64,000 nt of DNA from the NCBI GenBank assembly GCA_963709585.1, contig CAVPXI010000014.1, positions 224,001 through 288,000 on the forward strand, given 5' to 3'. This DNA comes from Candidatus Dormiibacterota bacterium (lineage in GTDB: Bacteria; Chloroflexota; Dormibacteria; Aeolococcales; Aeolococcaceae). The position numbers and the translations under genes were made by a program. Position 1 is the stretch's first letter. Each line of letters starts with the position of its first letter. This document shows, one piece after another, positions 1 to 10,817 of the stretch. The notes under the pieces are model-generated. The model did no database searches. It saw only the letters and a list, made by a program, of their open reading frames with translations, and had not been told where the DNA came from.

Positions 1-392
1 CCGACAACCACACGCAGTTTGAAGTCATCCCAGGAGGCGGCGCTACGCTGCGCGCGCCGCGCCGGCTCGGTATGCAGCGCGCCAAGGAGTTGATCTTCAC
101 GGCGCATTGGATTGACGGCAGGGCCGCCGAACGCATCGGTCTGGTCTTGCGCTCGGTCCCCCGCGCGTATCTGGACGACAGCGTCGACGAGCTGGTGGCC
201 GCGTTCCGCGAGAAATCGCGTGACTGCCTGTCGGCCGCGAAAGCTGCTATTAATAACGCGTCCGACCAGAGTGTCGAAGCAGGTTTGCGGATCGAGCTCA
301 GCGAGTTCTTCAGGTATCTCGATGAGTCGCCGGACCCCTCCGAGGGGTTTCGCGCCTACCTCGAGAAGCGTCCGCCCACGTGGCGCTCCTAG
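1..392 (+). CDS. Enoyl-CoA hydratase/isomerase, 5' truncated by window edge
   Basis: Frame open from position 3; IPGGGAT..R.G..RAKELIFT and C-terminal EGFRAYLEKRPPTW crotonase motifs. Confidence 0.9.
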   Translation, partial: DNHTQFEVIPGGGATLRAPRRLGMQRAKELIFTAHWIDGRAAERIGLVLRSVPRAYLDDSVDELVAAFREKSRDCLSAAKAAINNASDQSVEAGLRIELSEFFRYLDESPDPSEGFRAYLEKRPPTWRS

Positions 393-847
393 ACGATGCG
401 GAACGCGAAGGTCGCAAGCGCCTCAAGCACGGTTTCGTCGTGCTGATTGCTGCACGTCCATGCGAAGGTAATGAACCCACGGCGTCCAGAAGCCGAGACC
501 TCCTTTCGCGCGACCTCCATCTCGAGATGGATGCTATCCCCCACGATGCAGGGCTTTACGAAGCGAACGTCATCCAGCCGAGTCATCGCCAGCGTTGTCT
601 CATCGAAGACGCCTGTCCCCTCTGCGAGCCCGCCCAACAGCAGCAATACCATTTCGCCCGGTACCGGGATACCGGCGAAACCAGCACTGTGGGCGAAGGC
701 CTCGTCAGTGAACAGCGCGAACACATCGCCGGCCCACGCGGTGACCTCACGTGCTCGGTCGTCGAGCCTAAACTCCGCTGTTCGCCACCGTTCACCAAGC
801 GCCGCGCGCTCGAAGAGTCCGCTCAGGATGACACCCCCATGATCCAC
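389..847 (-). CDS. MaoC-family (hotdog-fold) dehydratase
   Basis: DEAFA...GF.GIPVPG, VRFVKPCIVGDSI, NQHDETVLE motifs. Confidence 0.85.
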   Translation of the reverse strand: MDHGGVILSGLFERAALGERWRTAEFRLDDRAREVTAWAGDVFALFTDEAFAHSAGFAGIPVPGEMVLLLLGGLAEGTGVFDETTLAMTRLDDVRFVKPCIVGDSIHLEMEVARKEVSASGRRGFITFAWTCSNQHDETVLEALATFAFRIV

Positions 848-894
848 CAGCCCATCGCAATCACAGTATGGCAGCGGTTCGGCGCGCTAGCCCG

Positions 895-2367
895 ATGAAC
901 CGCTACAACTCGATCGTCACCAACGGCTTGGTTATCCTGCCCGGGCTGGAAGAGCCGGCGGCAGTGTCGATCGGTGTCCGGGACGGCCGGATCGCTACGA
1001 TCGCCGAGGAGATCCCGCGGTCGGAAGCCGACGTCGTCATCGACGCTCGCGATCGCGTCGTGTTCCCGGGTGGGGTCGACAGTCACTTTCACATAGGGAT
1101 CTACCGTGACATCGAGCTTGACGCGGCGTCTGAAACGAAGTCGTCGCTCGTCGGCGGCGGCACCAGCGTGATCAGCTACTTCCGAACCGGAAGCCACTAC
1201 CTCAACAAGGTGGGGCCCTACCGCGACATCCTCCCCGAGGTTCTGGACCGAGCCAAGGGACGCGCGCACACGGACTACGGCTTCCACATCGCACCGATGA
1301 CGACCTCGCAGCTGGACGAAGTCGACTGGATGGTGCGAGAGGCTGGCATCACGAGTTTCAAGTACTACATGTTCTACAAGGGCCTAAATCTCTCCTCTTC
1401 CTCGACCGATGCGGCCGCGTATACGATGTCCAACTCATACGATTTTGGTCATCTGTACATGATGATGGAGAAGGTCGCTGAAGCCGATCGCAATCACGGA
1501 GACCGCGGTCGCGTGTCCCTCTCGATCCATTGTGAAAATGCTGAGCTGATCAAGCTCTTCATGGATCGCGTTCGCAACATCGGTATGCCGGCCTTGGAGA
1601 CGTACAGCAAGGCTCGGCCACCGCTGAGTGAGCGTATATCGATTCACGAAGCTGCAGTGCTGGCCAGTGATACCAAGGTGCGCATCAACCTACTTCATCT
1701 GTCGAGCGCGGAAGCACTGACAGCTGTACGTCAGGTCCGGTTGCTGTACCCGGAGCTCGACATCCGCTCAGAGACAACGCTCCACCATCTCTGTTTGACG
1801 TACGACGCACTCGAGGGCCGCGGTCTGGGCGGCAAGGTAAATCCACCCGTCAGAACCCGACAGGACGCCGACGCTTTGTGGGATGCAATCGCGGACGGCT
1901 CGATCAACTGGGTGGCCTCGGACCATGCGTGTTGCCTCGAGGAGCTCAAGAAAGACGAACTCTGGACGGCGCAGCCCGGCTTTGGTGGTACCGCCCTCCT
2001 CTACCCCGCCCTCATTTCTGAGGGCTATCACAAGCGCGGTCTCACACTGCACCGAGTTGCGGAGTTGGCGAGTTCCAACCCGGCGCGTGCATATGGGTTG
2101 CACCCGGTTAAGGGCACGATCTCGGTCGGCGCGGACGCAGACCTCGCCATCGTCGACCTCACCCGTGAGCAAATTGTCACCCCGCGGCTGCTGCACTCCG
2201 CGCAGGAATACACACCCTTCGAGGGACTTTCGCTGAGAGGCTGGCCGACCATAACGATGCTGCGTGGCACCGTTGTATACCGCGACGGCGAAGTCGTCGC
2301 GCCCGCCTCAGGCGAATTCCTGAGACGGCCACTGACGGCGCGACGGCAACCGACGCTGCCGCACTAG
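895..2367 (+). CDS. Cyclic amidohydrolase (dihydroorotase/allantoinase/hydantoinase family)
   Basis: PGGVDSHFH, SFK, HCEN, LHLSS, KVNPP, ASDHA metal-binding motifs; ATG 895 chosen as start. Confidence 0.9.
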   Translation: MNRYNSIVTNGLVILPGLEEPAAVSIGVRDGRIATIAEEIPRSEADVVIDARDRVVFPGGVDSHFHIGIYRDIELDAASETKSSLVGGGTSVISYFRTGSHYLNKVGPYRDILPEVLDRAKGRAHTDYGFHIAPMTTSQLDEVDWMVREAGITSFKYYMFYKGLNLSSSSTDAAAYTMSNSYDFGHLYMMMEKVAEADRNHGDRGRVSLSIHCENAELIKLFMDRVRNIGMPALETYSKARPPLSERISIHEAAVLASDTKVRINLLHLSSAEALTAVRQVRLLYPELDIRSETTLHHLCLTYDALEGRGLGGKVNPPVRTRQDADALWDAIADGSINWVASDHACCLEELKKDELWTAQPGFGGTALLYPALISEGYHKRGLTLHRVAELASSNPARAYGLHPVKGTISVGADADLAIVDLTREQIVTPRLLHSAQEYTPFEGLSLRGWPTITMLRGTVVYRDGEVVAPASGEFLRRPLTARRQPTLPH

Positions 2368-2374
2368 AGCAGGC

Positions 2375-3577
2375 ATGGGTGAGCTAATGCCGCGTGGACC
2401 ACTGACCGGACTGACCGTCCTCGATCTCTCGACGATATATGCGGGGCCGTTCACCGCAACACTGCTAGGCGACTTCGGCGCAGAGGTGATCAAGGTCGAG
2501 CACCCGCAGGGCGACCCTCTGCGAACCCACGGGCCGCAGAAGGACGGGCACGGGCTATGGTGGAAGCAGCTCAGCCGGAACAAGAGTTGCGTGACGTTGA
2601 ATCTATCCATGGCCGGTGGACAGGAGCTTCTGTTGAAGCTCGCCAAGGGTGTGGATGTCGTCATCGAGAACTTCCGCCCCGGTGTGCTGGAACGGTGGGG
2701 TCTCGGATACGACCGGCTCTCCTCGGAGAACCATCGTTTGATCCTGCTGCGCACGACCGGCTTCGGCCAGTCGGGCCCATACTCGCAGCGGCCAGGCTTT
2801 GGGACACTGGCCGAGTCAATGAGCGGCTTTGCAGCAATGACTGGCTCGGCGGACGGACCGCCCACATTGCCTCCCTTCGAACTCGCGGACGGAATAGCGG
2901 GCATCGCCGGCGCCTTCGCTGTGATGGCCGCCGTCCATGCACGCGATGCGCAGGATGGTGATGGCCAGGTGATCGACCTGGCGATAATCGAACCAATTCT
3001 CATGGTGCTCGGGGCGCAGGCCACCGCATACGATGCGCTCGGCGCAGTCCCGAAGCGGCACGGCAACCGCTCGACGAACAACGCCCCACGCAATACTTAC
3101 GTGACCCGTGACGGGCGCTGGGTCGCTGTTTCAACCTCAGCCAACAGCATCGCCACCAGAGTGATGCAGCTGGTCGGCCACCCGGAGGTCGTTACGGAGC
3201 CTTGGTTCCGGAGCCAGACGGAACGAGCCAAACGCGCAGACCTGCTGGACGAGATGGTCGGCGGTTGGATAGCAGAGCGCGACCATGACGTTGTGATCAC
3301 AGCGTTTGAGACAGCGGGCGCCGCCGTGGCGCCCGTATACGACATCAGCGAAATCGTCGCCGACCCTCAGTACCGGGCGCTGGAAACGTTCATCCGTCTT
3401 GTCGATGAGGATCTCGGCAGTGTACTGATGCAGAACGTCATCGCACGGATGAGCGCGACGCCTGGCGAGGTGCGTTGGCCGGGCCGGCGCGTCGGACAGG
3501 ACAACGAAGCCGTGTACGGACGCCTCGGCTACAGCGCGGTAGAGATCGCCCAGCTCCACCAGGACGGGGTGGTCTAA
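2375..3577 (+). CDS. CaiB/BaiF family III CoA-transferase
   Basis: AGPF...LGDFGAEVIKVEHP.GD, RNK, ENFRPG motifs. Confidence 0.95.
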   Translation: MGELMPRGPLTGLTVLDLSTIYAGPFTATLLGDFGAEVIKVEHPQGDPLRTHGPQKDGHGLWWKQLSRNKSCVTLNLSMAGGQELLLKLAKGVDVVIENFRPGVLERWGLGYDRLSSENHRLILLRTTGFGQSGPYSQRPGFGTLAESMSGFAAMTGSADGPPTLPPFELADGIAGIAGAFAVMAAVHARDAQDGDGQVIDLAIIEPILMVLGAQATAYDALGAVPKRHGNRSTNNAPRNTYVTRDGRWVAVSTSANSIATRVMQLVGHPEVVTEPWFRSQTERAKRADLLDEMVGGWIAERDHDVVITAFETAGAAVAPVYDISEIVADPQYRALETFIRLVDEDLGSVLMQNVIARMSATPGEVRWPGRRVGQDNEAVYGRLGYSAVEIAQLHQDGVV

Positions 3578-4376
3578 GTGAGCCTCATCAGGAGTTGGCT
3601 GTTTGCGCCTGGGCACAACGAACGGATACTTGCCAAACTGTTCGACTCTGGTGCGGACGCTGTACTGCTCGACCTCGAGGACGCCGTGCCTGAGGCGCTG
3701 AAGGATCACGCAAGAGCACTCGTGAGTTCGGTGCTCGAGGCGCATCCGGAGTCGTGGGTTCGCATCAACAAGCCACGCACCGCGGCCGCCGAGGCCGACC
3801 TTGCCGCGATCTTCGGTCGCTGCGCCGGTATCCGAATCCCCAAGGTGGAGTCGCCTGATGAGGTGCGATGGGTTGCGGAGCGAGCTCCGGCCATTCCGCT
3901 CACGTGCACCATCGAGAGCGCGCGCGGCGTGATGCTGGGGTACGAGATTGCTGCATGTGAGTGCACTCAGGACCTCACGCTCGGCGCTGCCGACCTCGCA
4001 CTCGACCTCGGGGTCGGGAGCGGGTTCGAGGAGTTGCTCTTTGCTCGATCGTCGCTGGTGGTGGCAGCCCGCGCGGCAGGCAAGCCGGCACCGATCGACG
4101 GCGTGTTCACCCGCCTCGATGATCCGGCTGGCCTCCGCGAAGAGGCTCTGACTGCACGTCGACTTGGGTATTTTGGCAAGTCGGCAATCCACCCGCGCCA
4201 GGTGCCGGTAATAAACGATGTGTTCACGCCAACCCCCGAGGAGCTCGCGTGGGCACAGCGAGTTCATCGATGCATTCGAACAAGCAGGTGGTGCAGCGAC
4301 CAAGCTGCATGATGGGGAGTTCGTCGACGTGCCGGTCGCCAAACGCGCGCGCCGCCTCTTGAAGGAGAGACGGTGA
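3578..4376 (+). CDS. CitE-like acyl-CoA lyase (HpcH/HpaI family); apparent +1 frameshift at ~4262
   Basis: LDLEDAV, IPKVES, IESARG, GKSAIHPRQ. Removing one T at 4260-4265 restores ...DGEFVDVPVAKRARRLL, ending at a TGA that overlaps the next GTG. Confidence 0.9.
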
Positions 4377-5182
4377 GTAGTCTCTGGGATTCCCTTGAGG
4401 GAGCCCTCGTCTACGATCTAGCTCGGCCGCTGGAAGCATCCACCCCGACAAGCCCCAACCATCCACCGTTCCGCATGGCCCTCATCCGCCGACATGGCGA
4501 TTCCACCCGTGTAGACGGCGCCACCGGGGCCAACGAGCTCTTCACGATGGGAGGTCACACGGGCACGCACATCGACGCGCTGTGCCACGTCGCACAGGAC
4601 ATGAGGCTGTACGGCGGCCTGGACGCCGCAGAGACTTCTCGAGGGGGCCGCTTCCAGGAGCTCGGCGTCGAGACCGTCACACCGATACTGTGTCGCGGCG
4701 TACTCCTCGATGTATCGCACGCTCTCGGAGTCGACGCCTTGCCGGCGGCACATCCGATCACCGCTGACGAGCTTGAGCTGACCGCTCGCGCGCAAAAGGT
4801 CGAGGTGCGCGTTGGTGATGCCGTCCTTCTCCGCACCGGATGGCCTGCCGGGCGTTATCAGGATGTCGCCGCGTATGTTGGGTTAGCGACGGGCGTGCCG
4901 GGACCGGATGAGTCGGCTGCACGCTGGCTCGCGGCCAGGCGTATCCGAGTAACGGGCGCCGACACCATTGCGTATGAATGGCTTGCTGAGGGGGCGGGAC
5001 ACGCTCGCCTTCCCGTGCACAGAATCCTCCTGGTCGAGCACGGTATCCACATCGTCGAGGTCATGGACCTCGAGGACCTCGCTCGCGACCGAGTGCACGA
5101 GTTTCTCTTCATCCTCGCGCCGCTCAAGCTGGTGGGCGCTACCGGGTCGCCGGTTCGACCGCTCGCTATCACACCTAGATGA
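4373..5182 (+). CDS. Cyclase family (kynurenine formamidase-like) metal hydrolase
   Basis: HTGTHIDA motif, LLRTGW, GATGSPVRPLA. Confidence 0.92.
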   Translation: MSSLWDSLEGALVYDLARPLEASTPTSPNHPPFRMALIRRHGDSTRVDGATGANELFTMGGHTGTHIDALCHVAQDMRLYGGLDAAETSRGGRFQELGVETVTPILCRGVLLDVSHALGVDALPAAHPITADELELTARAQKVEVRVGDAVLLRTGWPAGRYQDVAAYVGLATGVPGPDESAARWLAARRIRVTGADTIAYEWLAEGAGHARLPVHRILLVEHGIHIVEVMDLEDLARDRVHEFLFILAPLKLVGATGSPVRPLAITPR

Positions 5183-6570
5183 AGGCTCTCGCCCCGCGCA
5201 TCGCTGAGTGGGTCGCTGCTCTTCGCTACGAAGACATCCCTACCGAGGTCATCGCGAGCGCGAAGGACCGTATCCTCGACATCACCGGCATCTGTGTTGC
5301 CGCTCAGGGGTCCGAGGCGTCGATTGCTGTTCGGCGCCTTCGCGACCACTCGGGAGCAGGATCGCCGCAGGCGAGCTTCGTCGGTGAAGATCGCAAGGGA
5401 GCGGCAACCATCGTCGCGATGGTCAATGGGACCTACGCGCACGCTCTGGACTTCGACGACACGCACCTTCCTTCGGTCGTCCATCCGAGCGCCCCAATGA
5501 TCCCGGCGTTACTCGCCGAGGCAGAAGCGACAGGCTCCAGCGGGGCCGAATTGTTGACGGCCCTCGTTGCCGCCTACGAAGTGAACACTCGGCTGGCGAT
5601 GGCGCAGTACGACGCCGAGCTCGGCAACTCGATCTTCTTCGAGCGCGGTCTGCACGCGACGTCGATCATCGGTGCAGTGGCAGCGGCCGCTGGCGCCGCC
5701 CGCCTCCGCGGCTGCGACGCTGACGGGATCATGAGCGCAATCGCGATCGCATGCTCCCTCGGAGCCGGGTTGATCGAGGCGAACCGCGCGGGAGGCTCGG
5801 TCAAGCAGTTCCATGGCGGCTGGGCAGCGCACGCAGCGGTGACCGCGGCTGAGATGGCCCTGTACGGTTTGACGGGTCCCGTAACCATCCTTGAGGGCAG
5901 ATTTGGGTTCTTTCAAGCTTATTGCGGGAATCGCTGGCATCCCGAGGCTGTTACCAACTCGCTCGGAGAACGTTGGAACACGCCGTCGATCTTCTTCAAA
6001 CCGTACCCGTGCAACCATTTCACGCACGCGTTTGTTGACGCTGCACTTGCATTCAAGAATCGCGGCTTGGTAGCAGCCGACGTGAACTCAGTGAGGCTCG
6101 GGACAGCTGAGGCCGCGTGGCGGACGATCGGCGATCCGATCGATGAGAAGCGGCATCCACAAACGCCCTATCACGCCACGTTCAGCGCCCCGTTCGTGTT
6201 CGCAACGGCCCTGATCGGTGGCAGCGGCCTCGGCGTATCGCCCCGAGACTTTACCGCCGCGACGCTTGCGGACCGGGAGCGACGGCGAATAGCGGAGCGG
6301 ACAGACGTGGTCGTCGATGGCGAATGCACGCGGATCTTTCCAAACCAGTTCGCTGGCGTCGCGACCGTCCGTACGAAGGACGGCCGTGTGCTCGACGAGC
6401 GCGTGATGGTGAATCGCGGTGGGCCTGAACGACCACTGTCACGCGATGAACTCGTAGAGAAACTCGGCGACAATTCCGGCCTGCTCGCGAGCGGGATAAG
6501 TGTCGCGTGTCGCGATCTCGACACTGCGCCAAGCCTCGATGCGCTCCTCGCCGCGACCCGCCCGAGATGA
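5179..6570 (+). CDS. MmgE/PrpD family protein
   Basis: NGTYAHALDFDDTH..VHPS, K.FH.G, FKPYPCNHFTH. Confidence 0.93.
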   Translation: MKALAPRIAEWVAALRYEDIPTEVIASAKDRILDITGICVAAQGSEASIAVRRLRDHSGAGSPQASFVGEDRKGAATIVAMVNGTYAHALDFDDTHLPSVVHPSAPMIPALLAEAEATGSSGAELLTALVAAYEVNTRLAMAQYDAELGNSIFFERGLHATSIIGAVAAAAGAARLRGCDADGIMSAIAIACSLGAGLIEANRAGGSVKQFHGGWAAHAAVTAAEMALYGLTGPVTILEGRFGFFQAYCGNRWHPEAVTNSLGERWNTPSIFFKPYPCNHFTHAFVDAALAFKNRGLVAADVNSVRLGTAEAAWRTIGDPIDEKRHPQTPYHATFSAPFVFATALIGGSGLGVSPRDFTAATLADRERRRIAERTDVVVDGECTRIFPNQFAGVATVRTKDGRVLDERVMVNRGGPERPLSRDELVEKLGDNSGLLASGISVACRDLDTAPSLDALLAATRPR

Positions 6571-6585
6571 GCGCCTGAACTCCTG

Positions 6586-8111
6586 TCAGCCGGTGTCGCC
6601 GGCGAGCGCTGCTTTGAGGACCTTGCCGCTTCCGGTGCGAGGCAACTTTGCGGAGAACGCCATGCTCCGAGGCAACTTGTAGGGAGCAAGGAGGCGCCGG
6701 CAGTGTTCCAGCAACTCGGCTTCAGAGGCCCTCACACCGGCATTCAGCACAACTACGGCGTGGACACGTTCTCCCCATCGCGCGTCGGCAACTCCCAGGA
6801 CCGCCGCGTCGCGCACGGCAGGATGGGCCATCAGAACCTCCTCCACCTCTCGCGGGTAGATCCCCACTCCCCCGGATTTGATGACATCCGATCGACGTCC
6901 GACGACGTAGATATAGCCCGCGTCATCTAGGCGGGCGAGGTCCCCCGATGTTGCGAATCCGCCGTGAAAGGCGGCATCCGTTGCCTTGGGATCACGGTGA
7001 TATCGACTGAACAGGAACGGGCTGCGCGAGTAGAGCTGTCCGATTTCGTTCGTCATGGTCTCACGCATGTCGTCGTCGTAGATTCGCACTTCGTTGAGCG
7101 CGAGCGGACGCCCTACGCAACGCTGCTTGCGAAGCTGATCCTCAGGCCGGAGTGACGCTACGGTGCCGCATTCCGTGGATCCGTAGATCTCGAACAGGCG
7201 GGCGTTGCGCCACTGTTCGAGGATCAGTGTCTTTAGATGTTCGGGCAGTGCCGACGCATTCGAGAGAAGGGTTACCGCCGTGCTCGACTGCGGGCGGAGC
7301 CGAGGCGCGAGATCGAATATGGCGGCGAACATCGTCGGCACCATGAAGGTCGTGGTGACGCGCCCTGAGTTGAGCTCGGCCACATGTCGCTCAGGATCGA
7401 ACCCTGGGTGCAGCACAACGGAGCCACCGAAGATGAGCGGCGCTATGGCGCGCGTGAGTCCCGCTGGATGGTACATCGGTGTTGCGATCAGGCTCGTATC
7501 AGAGCTCGTGTAGCAGCCGTACTCCTGGCCAAGCAGCAGCATCAGCCCCGTTCGCGCGCGGTGAGAGATGACCGCAGCCTTTGGCTTGCCGGTGGTGCCC
7601 GACGTGTACCCAAAGAACAAGGGGCTGTTCTCGTCCACGTCACGGGCGATCAGCTGTTCCGCGCTGGCTTCGATGAGTTCGGATACCGAGCGAAGTCCTC
7701 CTTCGGTGTTCCCAGGCGTGGATCTGGACTCCCCCACTTCGCCAACCGTCCATGGCGTCTTCGAGCCGGTCCGCTACAGCGTCATCAGTCAACAGCGCAC
7801 GCATCCCGCTGGAACTCGACGAAATGCGCCAGCTCTCGCTCGGTAGACCCGTAGGGTATCGGGGCGAGCGTGAGCCCGGCTCGGGCGATCCCCAGTGTCG
7901 CTACGAAGTATTCTGGCCGATTGGTGAGCATCAGCCCGACCCGTTCGCCTGATTGCAAGCCAAGTCCTTCGCCCAAGGCTATGGCCAAGCGCCGCGATCT
8001 CAACTCGAGAGCTTTGTAGGTCCACGAACTGTCTCCGTAGATGACAGCGACCTTGTCAGCATTTGCGCGAGCCGCTGCGGCAAATGCGTCATGCAGGCAC
8101 AAACCAGGCAT
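6586..8111 (-). CDS. AMP-binding acyl-CoA ligase (split by apparent frameshifts at ~7815 and ~7730)
   Basis: N-terminal ORF 7785-8111 plus ORF 6586-7737 with YTSGTTGKPKA, YGSTE, SGDLA, YKLPR, GSGKV. Confidence 0.88.
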
Positions 8112-8119
8112 TGAGTCCC

Positions 8120-9003
8120 TCAGCCGGCTGAAAGGCCCAGGTTAAAGACGCGCAGAGCGTTGGTTCGCAGCAGTTTGGTCCTAAACTCTGGGCGCAGGTC
8201 CATGGCGTCGATCTCAGCGCGAGCCCGCACCATGTCGATCACGGGGAAGTCCGTGCCGAAGAGGACCTTCTCACTTCCCCAGGAGTTTGCAAAGTGCCGG
8301 AGGGATTCCGGCCAGTACTTGGGTGCGTATGCATCTAACCCAATGTAGACGTTAGGGTGTTTGTACGCCATCGAGATCATCTCTTCCGTCCAGGGATAGC
8401 CGATGTGCATCCCGATGAGTTTCAACTCGGGGAAGTCACACGCCACGCGGTCGAGGGTTATAGGTCGGCCGACACTCGGAAACGTGTGGCCGCTCCCATA
8501 TCGCAAGCACTGTCCCACCTGCAACATGATCGGGATATCGAGCTCGCAGCACTTGGCGTAGATCGGGTAGTAGAGCGCGTGATCGGGCGGCAGCTCGAAC
8601 CAGTGTGGGTACAGATGCGCCCCACAAACTGAAGCTCACGCACCCCACGTTCGAGCTCCCGAAGCCCCCGCATCCCTAGCGTCGGATCAACTCCGGCAAG
8701 TCCGCGAAAGCGTTGCGGATGGTCAGCACACACTTCGGCAACTCGCTCGTATGGCAGGTTCCACGAGTCCCGCATCCGCCACGATCCCGCCTTGGTGGCC
8801 GGGATGAGCGCTATCTCGATTCGAGCCTCATCCAACTTCGCCAGCATCTCCTCCACTGAGATGCCCCGCTGGACACTGGGCTCGAGGCGCACCTGGGTCA
8901 AAAACGTCGCGTCAACGGACTGGCCGCGCAGAGCCACTTCGCTGGCGGTGAACAGGTTGCACACGATATCGATGGCGCGCGGTTGGTCCAGGGTCACTCG
9001 CAC
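8120..9003 (-). CDS. Amidohydrolase-2 family protein (G-run frameshift at ~8620)
   Basis: FRGLAGVDP in ORF 8458-9003; shifted frame gives HLYPHWFELPPD; ORF 8120-8527 has HIGYPW and VLFGTDFP. Confidence 0.85.
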
Positions 9004-9099
9004 GCTCCTTGAAGCGCAATAACGGAAAATGGCATCTGTTCTCTCCGAAGAATAGACGTCGGAGGAAGGGAAACGGCTCGCGGGGACCCTCTGCTCAGG

Positions 9100-9951
9100 T
9101 CAGGGCTCCCCGTCGAAAACCTCTCGAACACGGGCGGCCATCTCCGCCGCGCTAAGTGTGAAGATCTCGTAAGCGAGATGCGGGAGCTCCACGAACCGCG
9201 CCTGGGGAGGAAGGTTCACTACAGCCCGCCGAGTAGGCTCCCAAAGGTCATCGTGAGGTCCAAAGACGACAAAAGGTTGGCGGATCAGTGCCGTGCGTTC
9301 GCCTACTGCATAGTCGAAAACCGCGTGGTACGTCCACCACACGTTGGGAGCCGCACGCAGATGGTCAAGCATCCGCGTGTGCACGAGCTCCGTCGGCCGA
9401 ACGGAATCTCCTTCGGTGCCACGCCACCAGTGCCAATACGCCTGCAGATGGGATCCGTCAGATGTCGGCTCCGGCATCGGCCCGTAATGAGCTTTGAGCT
9501 CCGCGCGCTCACGTTCATCAAGCGCGGGCAGAGCCACGACCGCGATGCGGCGCACGCGTTGAGGGTGGGTGCTGGCAAGCTCGATCGCCTCGCATGACCC
9601 GGTGTGGATGCCGAGGACATCCACCTGTCCGATTCCGAGAGCATCGAGGCAGTCGAGGGTGGCCAGAGCGTATTCGGGAAACCGGATCGGGCGTTTCAGG
9701 CGGTCGGAGTCGCCAAAGCCGAGCCGGTCGGGCGCAAGAACGCGCCGATCAGCGGACATCAACGGCAGCATCGCGTCCCACATCCGGCTCGATAGTGGTG
9801 ACATGTGTAGCAGCAGCAGGGGCACACCCCCGACACCCGTTTCGCGTATGTGCATGAATCCATGCCGCGTCGGCAATAGGTGTCGGCGTTCCTGAGTCGC
9901 CCCTTCGCTCGTGGCATCCAGCTTCGAGGATGCACCCTGTCGGTCAGACAT
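9100..9951 (-). CDS. Alpha/beta-fold hydrolase with non-canonical nucleophile elbow (GIHTG)
   Basis: LLLLH, APDRLGFGDS, DVLGIHTG. Confidence 0.85.
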   Translation of the reverse strand: MSDRQGASSKLDATSEGATQERRHLLPTRHGFMHIRETGVGGVPLLLLHMSPLSSRMWDAMLPLMSADRRVLAPDRLGFGDSDRLKRPIRFPEYALATLDCLDALGIGQVDVLGIHTGSCEAIELASTHPQRVRRIAVVALPALDERERAELKAHYGPMPEPTSDGSHLQAYWHWWRGTEGDSVRPTELVHTRMLDHLRAAPNVWWTYHAVFDYAVGERTALIRQPFVVFGPHDDLWEPTRRAVVNLPPQARFVELPHLAYEIFTLSAAEMAARVREVFDGEP

Positions 9952-10256
9952 CTCGCCCGGGTGAACAGTACTAGGACAGCCAGGTCCGCGTCATAAATCG
10001 CGCGCCCAGCGTGCTGTTGCCAAGTCACCGGTCATCGGTCTGGGGCTGAGCTGTAGGTCGCTCACCGCTCAACATCACCTGATCCCGACTCGGTGATTGT
10101 CACCCGACGGCACCGTCCGGCGGACCCCATCCGCTTCGTCGCAATACGTGGATCCACCCCGAGAAACCACAAGGGACGCGGCGCTTATGGCAACTCGGTC
10201 GGGCTCATCGCCGCCAGGCGCCCTTCTTTTATCAACCGGCGGGGCGCCGTTAGGCG

Positions 10257-10592
10257 TCAGTCAGGTAGGGGAAATTCGGTGAGCCCCTCCTCGAGGCAGA
10301 GCCGCGCAGCAGCCGGAATGTCGGGCACGCGGTGCGAGGGGGTCGCGCCACAGCCACGGGCGCAGTGCATCGTGATCCTCGCGCCGCCTCCCCCATCGAT
10401 GGGAACGGGGATGGCGTCGATGGGATGCTTGCCATTGCGATCAGAGGCACTGACGCCAGCGAATCGATACTCCCACAGCGGATCGATCCAGAACTCGCCG
10501 GACGATTCGTGGAGTTCCCGGCCGGTCCATCGCCGGCGCGTCCCTCGACACCGGACGTGGGCGATGGGTTGTCGGCAGGCTGGACAGAGCAC
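10257..10592 (-). CDS. Hypothetical Cys-motif protein, possible mobile-element remnant
   Basis: Open frame with CPAC and CARGC just downstream of the tRNA 3' end; no clear RBS. Confidence 0.3.
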   Translation of the reverse strand: MLCPACRQPIAHVRCRGTRRRWTGRELHESSGEFWIDPLWEYRFAGVSASDRNGKHPIDAIPVPIDGGGGARITMHCARGCGATPSHRVPDIPAAARLCLEEGLTEFPLPD

Positions 10593-10609
10593 CGCAACTG
10601 AGAGGAAAC

Positions 10610-10700
10610 CGGAGCGAGAGGGATTCGAACCCTCGATACCGCTTGACGCGGTATACCGCATTTCCAGTGCGGCGCCCTCGACCAACTAGGCGATCGCTCC
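10610..10700 (-). tRNA. tRNA-Ser(GGA)
   Basis: GGAGCGA/TCGCTCC acceptor stem, CCGCA-CTGGAAA-TGCGG anticodon arm, long variable arm, GGTTCGAATCC; -10-like TACAAT at 10707-10712. Confidence 0.97.
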
Positions 10701-10817
10701 TCCCCGATTGTATCCGCGACCACCGGGCCAGCCCGGCGCCGCCCGGTCGTTTCACACGAAGCCCCCGCCGGGTATCTACCATCCCAGCTACATATCGCCT
10801 CAGGGAGAACCTCCGTC

